Source: Zygnema circumcarinatum SAG 698-1b (lineage: Eukaryota; Plantae; Zygnematophyceae). From it: a stretch of DNA of 64,000 bases. Position 1 is the stretch's first letter, and each line of letters opens with the position of its first letter. This document shows, piece after piece, positions 1 to 10,732 of this stretch. The stretch is from the NCBI GenBank assembly GCA_037447605.1, contig CM074807.1, positions 1 to 64,000 of the forward strand, in the 5' to 3' direction. The notes under the pieces were generated by a model. That model was not told where the DNA came from, searched no databases, and saw only the letters and a list, made by a program, of their open reading frames with translations. A program made the position numbers and the translations under genes.

Positions 1-1790
1 CCTGAGGCCTGAGGCCACAAGGCCACAAGGCCACAAGGCCTGGGAGCCTGGGAGCCACAAAGGCCACCAAAAGGCCTAAAGAGGCCTGGGGCCACAAAAG
101 GGGCCCATAAGGGCCACAAGGCCACAAGGGCCACAAAGGCCACAAGAGGCCACAAGGAGCCATAAAGGGCCTGAGGCCCTGGGAGCCTAAGGAGGCCTGG
201 AGCCACAAGGGCCTGGGGCCACAAAGAGGCCTGGGGCCTGAGGGCGGGCCTGGGGCCACAAAGGGTGCAAGGAGGCCTGAGGCCGGGCCTGGGGCCTGGG
301 GCCTGGGGCCTAAAGAGGCCTGAGGCCGCAAAGGGCCACAAGAGGCCACCAAGAGACCTGGGAGGCCTAAAGGGCCACTGGGGCCAAAGGGCCTGAGGCC
401 ACCAAGAGGCCACCAAAGGGTACAAGGGCCATTTTCCGGGCCCATAAGGGCCTGGGGCCACAAGGGCCACAAAGAGGCCACAAGGAAGGCCACAAAGGCC
501 TGAGGCCACAAAGGGCCACAAAGAGGCCACAAGAAGGCTGACCTAGAGGCCACAAGAGGCCTGAGGCCACAAGAGGCCACAAAGAGGCCACAAAGAAAGG
601 GCCACCAAGGCCACAAGGAGGCCACAAAGTGAGGCCACAAGGAGGCCACAAGGCCACAAGAGGCCTGGAGGCCATAGGAGTTAAAGAGGCCTGAAGGCCT
701 GAGGCCACAAGGCCATAAAGGCCCACTGTGGAGCCCTAAGGCCTAAGGAGGCCACAAAGAGGCCGTGGACCCTAAGGGCTAAGAGGCCTGGGAGCCTAGA
801 GTGGGAGCCTGAGGCCACAAAGGAGCCACAAGAGGCCTGGGAGGCCACTAAAGGCCACAAAAGGCCAAGACCTGGGGCCCTAAAAGGGCCCTGGGACCTG
901 AGGCCTGAGGCCCTGGGCCTGAGGCCACCTGGGGCCGAGGCCTGAGGCCACAAAGGGCCACTGCAGAGGCACAAGGGCCACAAAGGGTACAAAGGCCACA
1001 AAGAGGCCTGAAAGGGCCACAAAGAGGCCCTGGCCATAAAGGGCCTATAAAGGGCCACCCTGAGGCCACAAAGAGGCCTATAAAGGCCACAAGAGGCCTG
1101 GGCCACAAAGAGGCCTGAGGAGCCACAAAGGGCCCTAAGGCCTAAAAGGCCCTGGATGCAAGGAGGCCTGAGGCCTAAAAGTGAGGCCACAAGAATTACT
1201 GGGACCATAAAGAGGCCTGAGGCCACAAGGGCCTGGGGCCACCTCAAGAAGGGCCTGAAAGAGGCCTGAGGCCTAAAGGCCACAAAGGGCCGCAAGGAGG
1301 CCACAAAGGGCCACTAAGGGCCACAAAGGCGCAGGAGCCTAAAAGGCCACAAGGCCACAAGGGCCACAAAGGGCCTGGGGCCCTGAGAGGCCACAAAGGG
1401 CCACAAAGAGACCACAAGGAGGCCATAAGGCCACAAAGAGGCCACCATAAAGGCCACAAGGGCCACCAAGGGCCACAAAAGGAGCCACCAAAAGGAGCCT
1501 AAAGGCCTAAAGAGGCCATAAAAGGCCACAAAAAAGGCCACAAGGCCACAAAGACCTGAGGCCACAAAGAGGCCACAAGGGCCATAAGGGCCCTGAGGCC
1601 ACAAAGGGCCCTGAGAGGCCACCAGAGGCCTAAAGGCCTAAAAGGGCCACAAGGGCCACAAAAAGAGACCTACAAAGGGCCACAAGGAGGCCACAAGGCC
1701 ACAAGAGGCCACAAGGAGGCCAAGAGGCCACAAAGGAGCCCTAAGGGCCCTAAGGGCCACAAGGGCCTGAGGCCACTAGAGGCCATAAGG
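1..1790. repeat. Degenerate terminal low-complexity array of ~7-10 nt GGCC-anchored units (GGCCACAA[A/G], GGCCTGA, GGCCTAA, GGCCATAA)
   Basis: The whole stretch is built from a few GGCC-centred words in irregular order. It is strand-biased and CpG-poor, and runs directly into perfect CCCTAAAAA repeats. Confidence 0.9.
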
Positions 1791-1820
1791 CCCTAAAAAC
1801 CCTAAAAACCCTAAAAACCC
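1791..1820 (+). repeat. Telomere-type repeat (CCCTAAAAA)3CCC, i.e. TTTTTAGGG on the minus strand
   Basis: Three perfect 9-mers in C-strand orientation at the left end of the window, of the TnAGGG telomere class. Confidence 0.75.
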
Positions 1821-2039
1821 GGGAATGGAAATGGAAGGTGAATGTTTTTCCTGCTGTAAGTTTGGTTTTGGAAGTTTTGCACAGACTCCTGAAAATCCTT
1901 TCTGTGAGTTGCAGGGCTTGTTGAAGGGCAGGAGACGAAATAGGGTTTGGTGGCAGTGGAGGGCGTGCCCAAGGAAGCAAAGAGAGCGTAGTGGTGAACC
2001 CCTTTCTTTCCCATCCTCCCTCTCTCATGCTGTCTCGCT

Positions 2040-2115
2040 CTTTCTCTCTCTCTCTCTCTCTCTCCCTCCCTCCCTCCCTCCCTCCCTCCCTCCCTCCTTC
2101 CCTCCCTCCCTCCCC
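2040..2115. repeat. (CT)n/(CCCT)n microsatellite
   Basis: Directly visible. Confidence 0.95.
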
Positions 2116-2300
2116 ACTCTCTTTCCCCCCCTTCAACTATCATGCGCATATCAACTGGCTTGTAAAATTGCGACTACAAATCACAACATCGTCATCGTCA
2201 TCTCCATTGGCTACACAGATGTTGAAAAAGCTAATCTATAGTTGGCACGACTAGCTGATGCTGAGGTAAACTGCGGGAGAAAGATGCCGCTTGGATGCAG

Positions 2301-5300
2301 TTAGAGAACTTCTTTTATAAGAGCTCTCACATGGCCATAGTACTCGTCGCCATCTGCCAAAAACAGTGCTTCAATAGTGAGCAAAAGTTTTGGCAACAAT
2401 ATTGTCCTGAGGGTTCATTTCTCTACATGGCAACACACTGTCTGTGACACGAAACCTGGGCTGCAAGATAGGAGCCTCACAGATGAGGAAATGGTTTAGG
2501 AGATGAAATAGCTGGTAGAGCTTATGGCGCTCCTCAAAGCCGGCAGCTCGAGGAAGGAGGGCGTGATACTCGGAATAGAATTCGTTTGCTGCACACGGCA
2601 CCCATTCACTGCTTGCATGTCACTGGCTGAATTTCCGAAGAATACGGATAAAGATCCAACTGAAACTAAGAGGCAAGTTTCAGCTTGTGAAAAGGAGCAT
2701 TGGTTTGAGCTTAAGTACAGCAGCTCACAGAATCCAGGGAAGCCCGCTTGCGGCCGCCATGACTGGAAGGCCAAATCTGCGGAGATAAGTGAAACGAAAT
2801 TGAAATCGAAGGCTCTGGAAGTAGGAAAAGTTTCTTTGCAGAAGAAATAAATGCAGCGATGGCAAAACCAGAAATTGGCGACCGACTGCAATCCTCTCCA
2901 AGGCAGCAAGATTGCTTTTCAAACAATCTTTCGTTGCTGGCAAGTTAATGCTGGGGATGAAGAGGGAGCAATAGCGAGCAACTGCTGGTGAAGAAGTGCA
3001 CCAAATTCAGAGTGCCCGATAAAGGCAGCGGGATCAAACATAGTCACTTCTCCTGATCGAAGAAGTCCTGCATTCCCAACCTGTTCACAAGATCCCAAAG
3101 TAATCGTGTCTTAAATATGAGTCACTCATTGTCGACAAGCACCTACTGCTCATAAAGTCCAGTCCAGTCTGGACAGCATCTTCCGCAGGCGCCATGCATA
3201 GTCATCCTCGGAGCAGCAAACCAGCTCAGGACGCATCAGTTTTTGCGCGTTTGGGCATTATATGGGTCATACGAACAGTGAAGCCTGAAGAGGCCAAAAA
3301 GCGAACACTTATAAAGCCTAGTCCACCGGCAGTTTGCCAGGCACAAAAGACTTTGCAATCAAAGCCTTTCATCAGAGGCACAAATCCAGCATCCCATCAT
3401 CTCTATTGCGACGACGACTACGAGAGTTGAAATGCAAGACTAGAAAGACTAGACGACTAGAAGACAAGCACGACAAGACTAGAAGACTCTGCAAGACTAG
3501 AAGCTCACCCAAAGGTCTCCATGAAGAAGGCTTGGCCGAACTTGTACTCCTCTGAACAGCTCGCCGGCGCGATCGAGGAGGCCCTCACTTTCCTTCTGCA
3601 GCTCCACCGCGGTCTCTCCCATGCGCGCGTACGCCCTCTGCAGAAGCAATCAGGCAGCTTGAATCGAGAAAAGTAAAGTTCAGACAAAGTCGTGATTGCA
3701 TTTCTTTTGGAATAGAGTGAGTTTCAACACGGTAACAGAAACAATGGTTACCACCAGAAGAACAGCTGACATACTTGTTACTGATGCACATAGCTCATGA
3801 AGTAGTGCACTGAGCATTTGTAGGGGATCAAGAACATTACGAATTGTAGTTTGGCTACAGATACAAGGGTTCATGGGCACCTCTCACCTCCAGCCTGTCT
3901 CGCAGACGCTGGTTCACAAAGAACTCCGACCAGGACGACGACCAGCTGTTGTTCAGCGACATGATCCCCAGCCTGCCAGAGAGAAAGGGCGGCTGCATAG
4001 CTCTCAAGTTCTCCACGAGGGAGAGGCTCCTACATTTGTAGTGCCGACACGAAGAGCCCCCCTCGACGAGACTGGGCGAGGTTGGCTCATGGGAGGGAGG
4101 GGCGGCCGCCACCACCCACCTCGTGTGCGCCTTGAAGCCGAAGCCGCGGTCCTCGGTGGGGGCCAGATGGAGGCGCGCCAGCGAGTGGCCGAGCGCCGCC
4201 TGACTGCTGCCCTGCATCTGCACGCGATGGGATGGATGCATGCATGCTTGGGTCGGTGGGTGCGCATGGAGACACAAGAGGGAGGGACCGAGCAGAGCAC
4301 TGCGTGCTGCGGGCACAACATGTAAAATTATACATAACCAGTATACAAATTTACAGTAGCCTCAAACGAAGTCCAAATAATCTGGCCTAAGTTCGACAGT
4401 TACAATTTGAGCATAGGAAGTCAATTAGCCAACTGTGTGGCCAGAACAGAAAGCAGTGTCTAAACGATCATCCTGGATTGCAACAAAACAGGCAGTTCAA
4501 CTGACCATGCCAAAGGGTCTCAGAGGGAGATACTCCATTATGATGAATGAGCCTCCTTCGGGCAAATCTCCCACAGCCAAGGGCATTGGGACACGGATTG
4601 TCCTGGTGGCTGCCATTTGCCGCAATCTGAAACGGCAACAGAACGGCACCTCGTGCAGTTGAGATCGATGAGGCCCCCGCGGCATCGCCTCTACTGCCGC
4701 AGAAACGACTTCAGCTTAAAAGGCAGTGCTTAAATCAGGAGCTATTTGATGAAGGTTGCTCACACGCGGCAATCAGAATTACACGTGCATCCCTGACGGT
4801 CCAAATCGAGAAAAACCAAGTTCAGGAGGCAGATGATGTTTCCTGCCATCCCCGTAATGAAGAGATCTGGCACCAAAGAGGTCGGGACACATTCCAGAGG
4901 CCACCAAGAAGTACACAGAGGGTGACGGGCAGGGAGTGCAGACCTACGCCTGAGCCTCTCCTTCGAACATTTCTTCTACACGGAAGTTCCTGCATTCCCG
5001 CGGATAACAAGCGCGTTTTAGTATAATAGCTCTTCTGGACACCTGGGAAACAACGTAAGTACGTACCGCAGTCAGCAACAGAGATTTCCTTCGCCAAAGA
5101 GATGGTGTTAGGACGGGCAAAAACTGATCTACGTGTTGCTGTCAAAGTCAGTTCCATCTGCAAACGTTCAAACAAGTCCACTTGCAAACTTTGCAAACTT
5201 TGCAAACTGCAATGCACCTCGACGTCACCTTTGAGTTTAGGTAGCCTTTCTGTCTGGTAGACAACAAGCGTTTGCTGGCATTTCCTTGCACCAAGGGCAT

Positions 5301-6449
5301 AATAAGTCCATTCTAAGTCCATAATCCCAATGCTGGTGACCAGTCGGCCTTTGCGAATTGAGGCAAACGTATATGTGGCAAACTGTCTCCTCACGACTGC
5401 CCAAGTCTTCTCATGATCGGCCTTTTCTAGTGATTACAATAAACAAGATATATTCTCAAATGTAGGGTTTTTTTGTTATTACAGTTGAAATCCTACCAAC
5501 AAATTATCGTCCATTTTACCCCACTGTTATTTTGCATGAACCTGATAATAACTAATTTGATCTGCTGAATGTTCTCCACTGTAGACGATGAGGAGAAGGT
5601 TGCATCAGGTCCTTCCCAAACGCTTCGGATGATCTTGTCTATATAAGTTCCCCCAATGCCAAATGCCGGTTTGCAATTCTCCAAATGCAGAAACTTGAGT
5701 CAGCTCGACGCCTAGCATGTCGTAGTGGAACCCCTTGCAAGTTAAGTGGCGAGTAAGCAGCTAAGGTATCTAAATTGCCGTACCTGTTGATCTTCACAAA
5801 GTAGTCGCCTCCAGTGCAATGAAAAGCGTAAGATTCGTTAATGCAGCCGCTGAAGTGAACTTCCCTTGGCCGTCGCTTGAGATCGCCGCAGCCCAACTGC
5901 TGAAGACGCGCCACAATTGCAAAATCCCCCGCCATTGGCTTCCTCTTACTCTTCCCGTCTGCATCTGCAGTGGTAAAATCGAACCATCCCTGGGCCCTAC
6001 ATCTGAAACAGGAGGCCCAGAGACAGACAGGAAAATTCGAGTTCATCACACTGGCACAAATGCGATTCCTACACTGCATGGCCTATGTTAACGACTTCCA
6101 TCTTCACAACTTACACGTGAAGAAGATACTAGCTCCGAAGTTGCCGATGGCCTTCTTACTGCAGGTATTATCGGTGCAGAGTCTATGAGGAAAGACAGTT
6201 CTATTCACGTCCATGCCACCTCTGTCTCATAGCACGATAGCGTGCTAAGCAAACACATTCCATATATAAACGAACTTACCTTCCTAGAATGCAAGCTAAG
6301 CCAACAAAAGCCATTGGAAGGACAGCAGCTTACCTTCCGCTTCTTGATGGAGTGGACCCTGAGCGGCAAGGGCGAGGGCGCATGCCCTGCAGCGTCGCAT
6401 TCCTCGTGAGACCCGCAGGTGCCGGCAGCGGCAGACGCAGGCCGCCCAT
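2301..6449 (-). CDS. Fructosamine kinase family / protein-ribulosamine 3-kinase-like (multi-exon)
   Basis: GT-AG exons join in frame: SGCINESY..YFVKINR, MFEGEAQ, TIRVPMPLAVGDLPEGGSFIIMEYL, LARLHLA..FGF, WSEFFVNQRL, RPSLLHGDLW, GNAG..MFDPAAFIGHSEF, GFEERHKLYQLFHLLNHFLI, YGDEYYGHVRALIKEVL-stop at 2301. Start ATG is 6449 or the in-frame 6383. Confidence 0.9.
3435..3503. repeat. Short degenerate AAGACTAG tandem repeat in an intron
   Basis: Several caagactagaag-like units are visible. Confidence 0.6.
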
Positions 6450-6576
6450 CTCCGCCTCCTTCCCTCCGCGCTGTGGAGTCTCGCCGCGCAGCAGAGACTG
6501 ACCGATAGACCGACAGGCGCGTTTCCCCGTCGCTTCTCGGCGCGAGCAGGAGCAGCTCTGCGTTACGTCATCCGCC

Positions 6577-9319
6577 ATGGCGGCTGTTTCTTCGGGTGCA
6601 GGATTTTTCCAGGCCCCTCAGCGCTCAATGGCTCCCGGGGAAGAGGCCGGCCATACCTCGCAGCCGTCGACAGTGCCCTCCGTGGATGTCGCCCTCCGGC
6701 AGCCTTGCAGGCAGAGAAGATTCGCCCACATATCGCTGCGGATGCGACCTTGCGGACATGGCGTGACTGCGCTCAGAGCGATTAAAGCAGGCGTGGGGGA
6801 GGGAAAAATAGAGGGTAAGCGAGAGGAGCAGCTCCCTCCGGAGGAGACGGTAAGGACACCAGCTTACTTGTGGCGATTTTTTCCTGAGGTGACCTAAGGT
6901 GTGCACTATTTGCAACTTCCTACTCGAGAGAACTAATGAAAAACGCTGCACTTTATTTGGCCAAAGAATTTCAATGGCGGGTTTAGCCTAAGCTTGGCGA
7001 CTTTGCTTTGGCATTTGCTCGTTTCGAAAAAAGATCGAATGATGCCATGACGGGCGGACCATGGTTCCATAGCTGGAAAACCACGTATAGAATACCATGG
7101 AAGTAAACGCGTGCATCAATCAACTTTTTCTTTCCCCTCAACACGTTCCTGTAGTCCTTTTCGTCTTGGGTCCTCTAGTGCCAGGTAGGGAAGGGGTCAT
7201 TGACAACAAATATACCGCGGGATGGCAGGAGTATCAACAACTTGTGAGACAGCAGGAACTTGAAGAAGATCATGCAAAGAAGGAGTATCAGTTACTGGAC
7301 GAGTGGGCGAAGCAGAAGCTGCAGGATTATGCACCGGAGGATATCAGGCTTGCGAAATATACAGTTAGCGATCTGATTCTCGCGGGAGAGGAGGTTGAGG
7401 AGGTGGTTTTTTGTTCTTTTGCCATACCAGCAGCCATGCTATGTGGGTCATGAGGTCCCTGGATCTTTGTGGAAGCTGTTTGAGAGGCTCCACGCCTCTG
7501 TAGGACAGAAAAAAGAAGGATATCTACCACTAGCAATGTGATTTAGGCCACTGCAGGCATACACTCAGCAATGATCAATGTGTACAGGAGTGAGTCGTTG
7601 AAGTCGGCAGCTTGAGGAAGGAAAGGCCCACTGCCATAAGAACAGTCTGAAGGCCTTTGCTCCCAGCTGATGTTTCATTGAATACTGGCGTACCTGCCCA
7701 CCTGGAGTGCAGATGATTGAGAAGCTCGGAAGCGAGGAGAAAATTACTGATGTGCTGCTGCAGGTTATCCAAAATCGCCTTGAACTTGCTCGCCATGATG
7801 TAGGTTCAACTAACTTTTTCCCAGTTTTTATGGGTCTCAGCAAAGTAGGACTTTTTAGTACCTATTTCAGCTTGCATTGATCACGAGAGGTTTGAAGCTA
7901 AGGAATGTTGACGCTTTTCAAAGGGATAGTGGTTGACTGTAAAGCACATTCACTGATGGGAAATGGGAATGCCACCTTAGGAGCTGTGTGTTGTACTACA
8001 GAGGTTCACTTCGTTATGTTTGAGGCCCTGATGGGAGAAAGCAGACACAACTGTGGAAAAGGCTGAAGTTTGGTGTGTGCCATTGAATAGATTGGATTCG
8101 GACACACCTTATGAAAAAGTGCATTGTGGTTGACCATTTGGTTGCAGAATGAAAAGGATGTGATTCGCTGCCTTGATCTTCTTTATCGTCGTCTGGAGGT
8201 TGGCCTGCTCCTCTCAATGGCTCCCACACACTTGCTCGTGCTGGAAACGCCTATCCATGATAGGTGTTTCAAGAAAGACAGGAAGATTTTTATTCTCCTT
8301 GTTCTGCTGCACTTCTGGTGGCCTCGTGCTTTGACCATGTTAAGAAAGTTGAAGTAATGCCATGTGTTTGAATCAATACTTCACTGTAGCAGGAACAACC
8401 AAGTCCAACATATCCTGTGTGTGCTCTAATGAAACCGCGTGATTCACAGTCTCTCAAAACAGTTAAGGTATGTTGCAAAAGCAGGTGTGGTGATAAGGCT
8501 TCGCGATTTTACTCTGTTTTCAACCTCTGAAAGCGTGCCTGTCGTGCAGACGGAGAGAAGATCGCGAGCGGCGAGTCCGGCTATGCGCTTGCTGAATGAG
8601 TTGTTGCAACTTTATGATGGGGGTTCAGAGCGCATTTGGCTTCGGAAGGTCCGCCAGCGAATGCTCGATTCATTTATACCCGAGGATCCATCACTGATAT
8701 TCTTATCATCAGCCATTCTGAACCCTGAGGTGCAGCTCGCCTTTGGAGTAGTTATTATTCCATTCATGCTTTCCTTTTTCCAACCGGTTATCCGCACGCT
8801 TGCTGTTCCTTATCCCTTTCCTGGCTCATCTCTATGCTTTTGTTCCCGTCCTCCCACTTTCTTGCCTTCCATTCTCCGTTGTTATTTTCCAATATTATAC
8901 CACCCACCTCTATCGAGTTTTCAGCACTCCGCCTTGTCCACCTTCTCAAGATGTTTCTCCCCTTCCCTCCTGGCAATCGCGTTTTACTGGTTTACTCGAT
9001 GTTCTATTTTCACTCGGGCTTCGTATGCCGCACCAGGTCCCTGTCACAGTCGGGCTCGGATTCACTCCATGTGAGTTGGCTCGTGCAGGAGGGGATTGGA
9101 GTCCCTGGCGCCACCGATGAGGGGCGGCGAGTGTACCGCGTGGACTTCATCCGCGAGGTGGACGACCTCGTGGCGCAAGCGCGGGCCGCCACGCCGAAAG
9201 ACGTCCCTCGCGGGTTCGACGCGCCCTCTGTGGCCGTGCGCCTGCAATGGGAGGAGCGGGTGCGCGCTGTGCAGCACGTGGAGCAGCTGCGAGACGTCGC
9301 GATTTCTATTCGCTGGTGA
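6577..9319 (+). CDS. PAC: PALE CRESS chloroplast RNA-binding protein (6 exons)
   Basis: Transit-peptide-like exon 1, then IQNRLELARHD/NEKDVIRCLDLLYRRLE/ASPAMRLLNELL..EDP/RVDFIREVDDL..AISIRW-stop. This matches remembered plant PAC motifs (NRLDLARRDDEKDAIRSLDLLYRRVE, RVDFVREVD, C-terminal W). Confidence 0.88.
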
Positions 9320-10732
9320 ATTGAGAAGTGCAGCGCAATGCACGTCTCGAGTTTTTTAGGCAGCCTATTCGTTTTTGTACAAAGTGACCTCAAAGAATAT
9401 GAATGCCATCAAAAGAAAAAGCCAATTGAAGAGAAAATGGATCGCTCTGTTGTGTGCCTGAGCATGTCACCGCACCCTCATCCATCTGAAAACGTCGTGT
9501 TCTCCATCTCGGTGCCAGTGGGGAGAGAGCATGCTGCTTTCTGCAAGACCGTGAATAGTGGGCATCAAAACTTCATCAAAGCATTGGAACAAAATCGAAC
9601 GGGGGTGTCCAATGCACGTCCCCCGATGCAGATAAAACGACGAAGAAGAATTCGCACAAACACACTAGGATACGCTTTCGACTTCGGACAACTTCAATTG
9701 CGGTGTGCTGGAAATTGTGGAGCTGCACGCGTTCGGAAGGTTTCCTGAGGCACGGTGGCCCTTGCGGTAGCCCATCGTTAAAATCGCCGGAGTCAATAGT
9801 TTCTTGTTGGTTGTGCAATTTATCGTTGTGGTTGCCTGAAAAGCACCTCAGAGCATTCAGGTATACTTGTTATAGCGTAGTTTTGCCTTCTATGACACCG
9901 CGAAAGGTCCAATGTTGTTGCGGTTTCTAGGGCTTTTGTAAGTCTCTTGCAGACTACATTCAGCGTGTTCACTCTCTTCCGCTCTCTCACCGCACAGCAC
10001 ACAAGCAAACACACCTACAGCGGCTCGTCAGGGCCTCCCTCGAGCTCCACCCATGGTCACCCGGGAGCAGCTCTCGACTGATTGATTGGCTGCGCGGTTT
10101 CGATGTATGTGGCTTGTAAGAAGCAGAACCCCCCCAGAGTCTCAGAGAGCCCGCCCGCCCTCTGCAGGCAGGCAGGAGCCCTATTCAGCTGTTCGCGGCG
10201 CCGCCAGCACCGCGTCCGCCGCCCAGGCCAAAAGCTGCTGCGCGCAATCACTGCACTGCACTGCTTTGCTTCCGATCCCCGAATGGACGCGTCGCACGGG
10301 CCTTTAAGGTTTTTCGTATAAAGTATAAAGTATAAAGTTCGTTTCTCCGCTTAGCGTCTCAGCACCACTTTGTCTGCAAAGGGCGGGGGCCACCTTTACA
10401 GCCAGTTTGGCATATGCTCTCCACGTTCCTAGCAGTCGACTTCCAGTCGGTCAGTCAGCTGTAGCGGTCGGCTGCCTTGCGCCAGGTTCCCAAGTAAGGT
10501 TCCGTGATCCGAATCAGTCATCGCCAAAGCACAACACCGGATTGAGCCCCCAAACAGCATTTCAAAGTTTTTACAAGAGCTTTAACACCCCCATATTGCA
10601 GCAAGTTGAGATAATATTCACATTAGAAATCAGGGGAGTGAAAATTTGAGCTGCCGACACTATTGATACATCATTTTCTTCTCTTTCGACAAACGGTACA
10701 CCAAGCGGACAGACGGAGGACCAACTGCAGAG

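Noticed and set aside
367-1622. ORFs in the terminal repeat array (LWP/VASG-rich)
   Set aside because: They are translations of low-complexity repeats with no protein-like features.
1-1790. Possible CRISPR-like or coding repeat array
   Set aside because: There is no constant repeat with unique spacers, and the context is eukaryotic.
9670-10240. Minus-strand exon-like segments, including a GTATCCT donor-like site and an ATG..TGA frame near 10015-10054
   Set aside because: I could not build a consistent spliced ORF or recognise any family; probably UTR or intergenic sequence.
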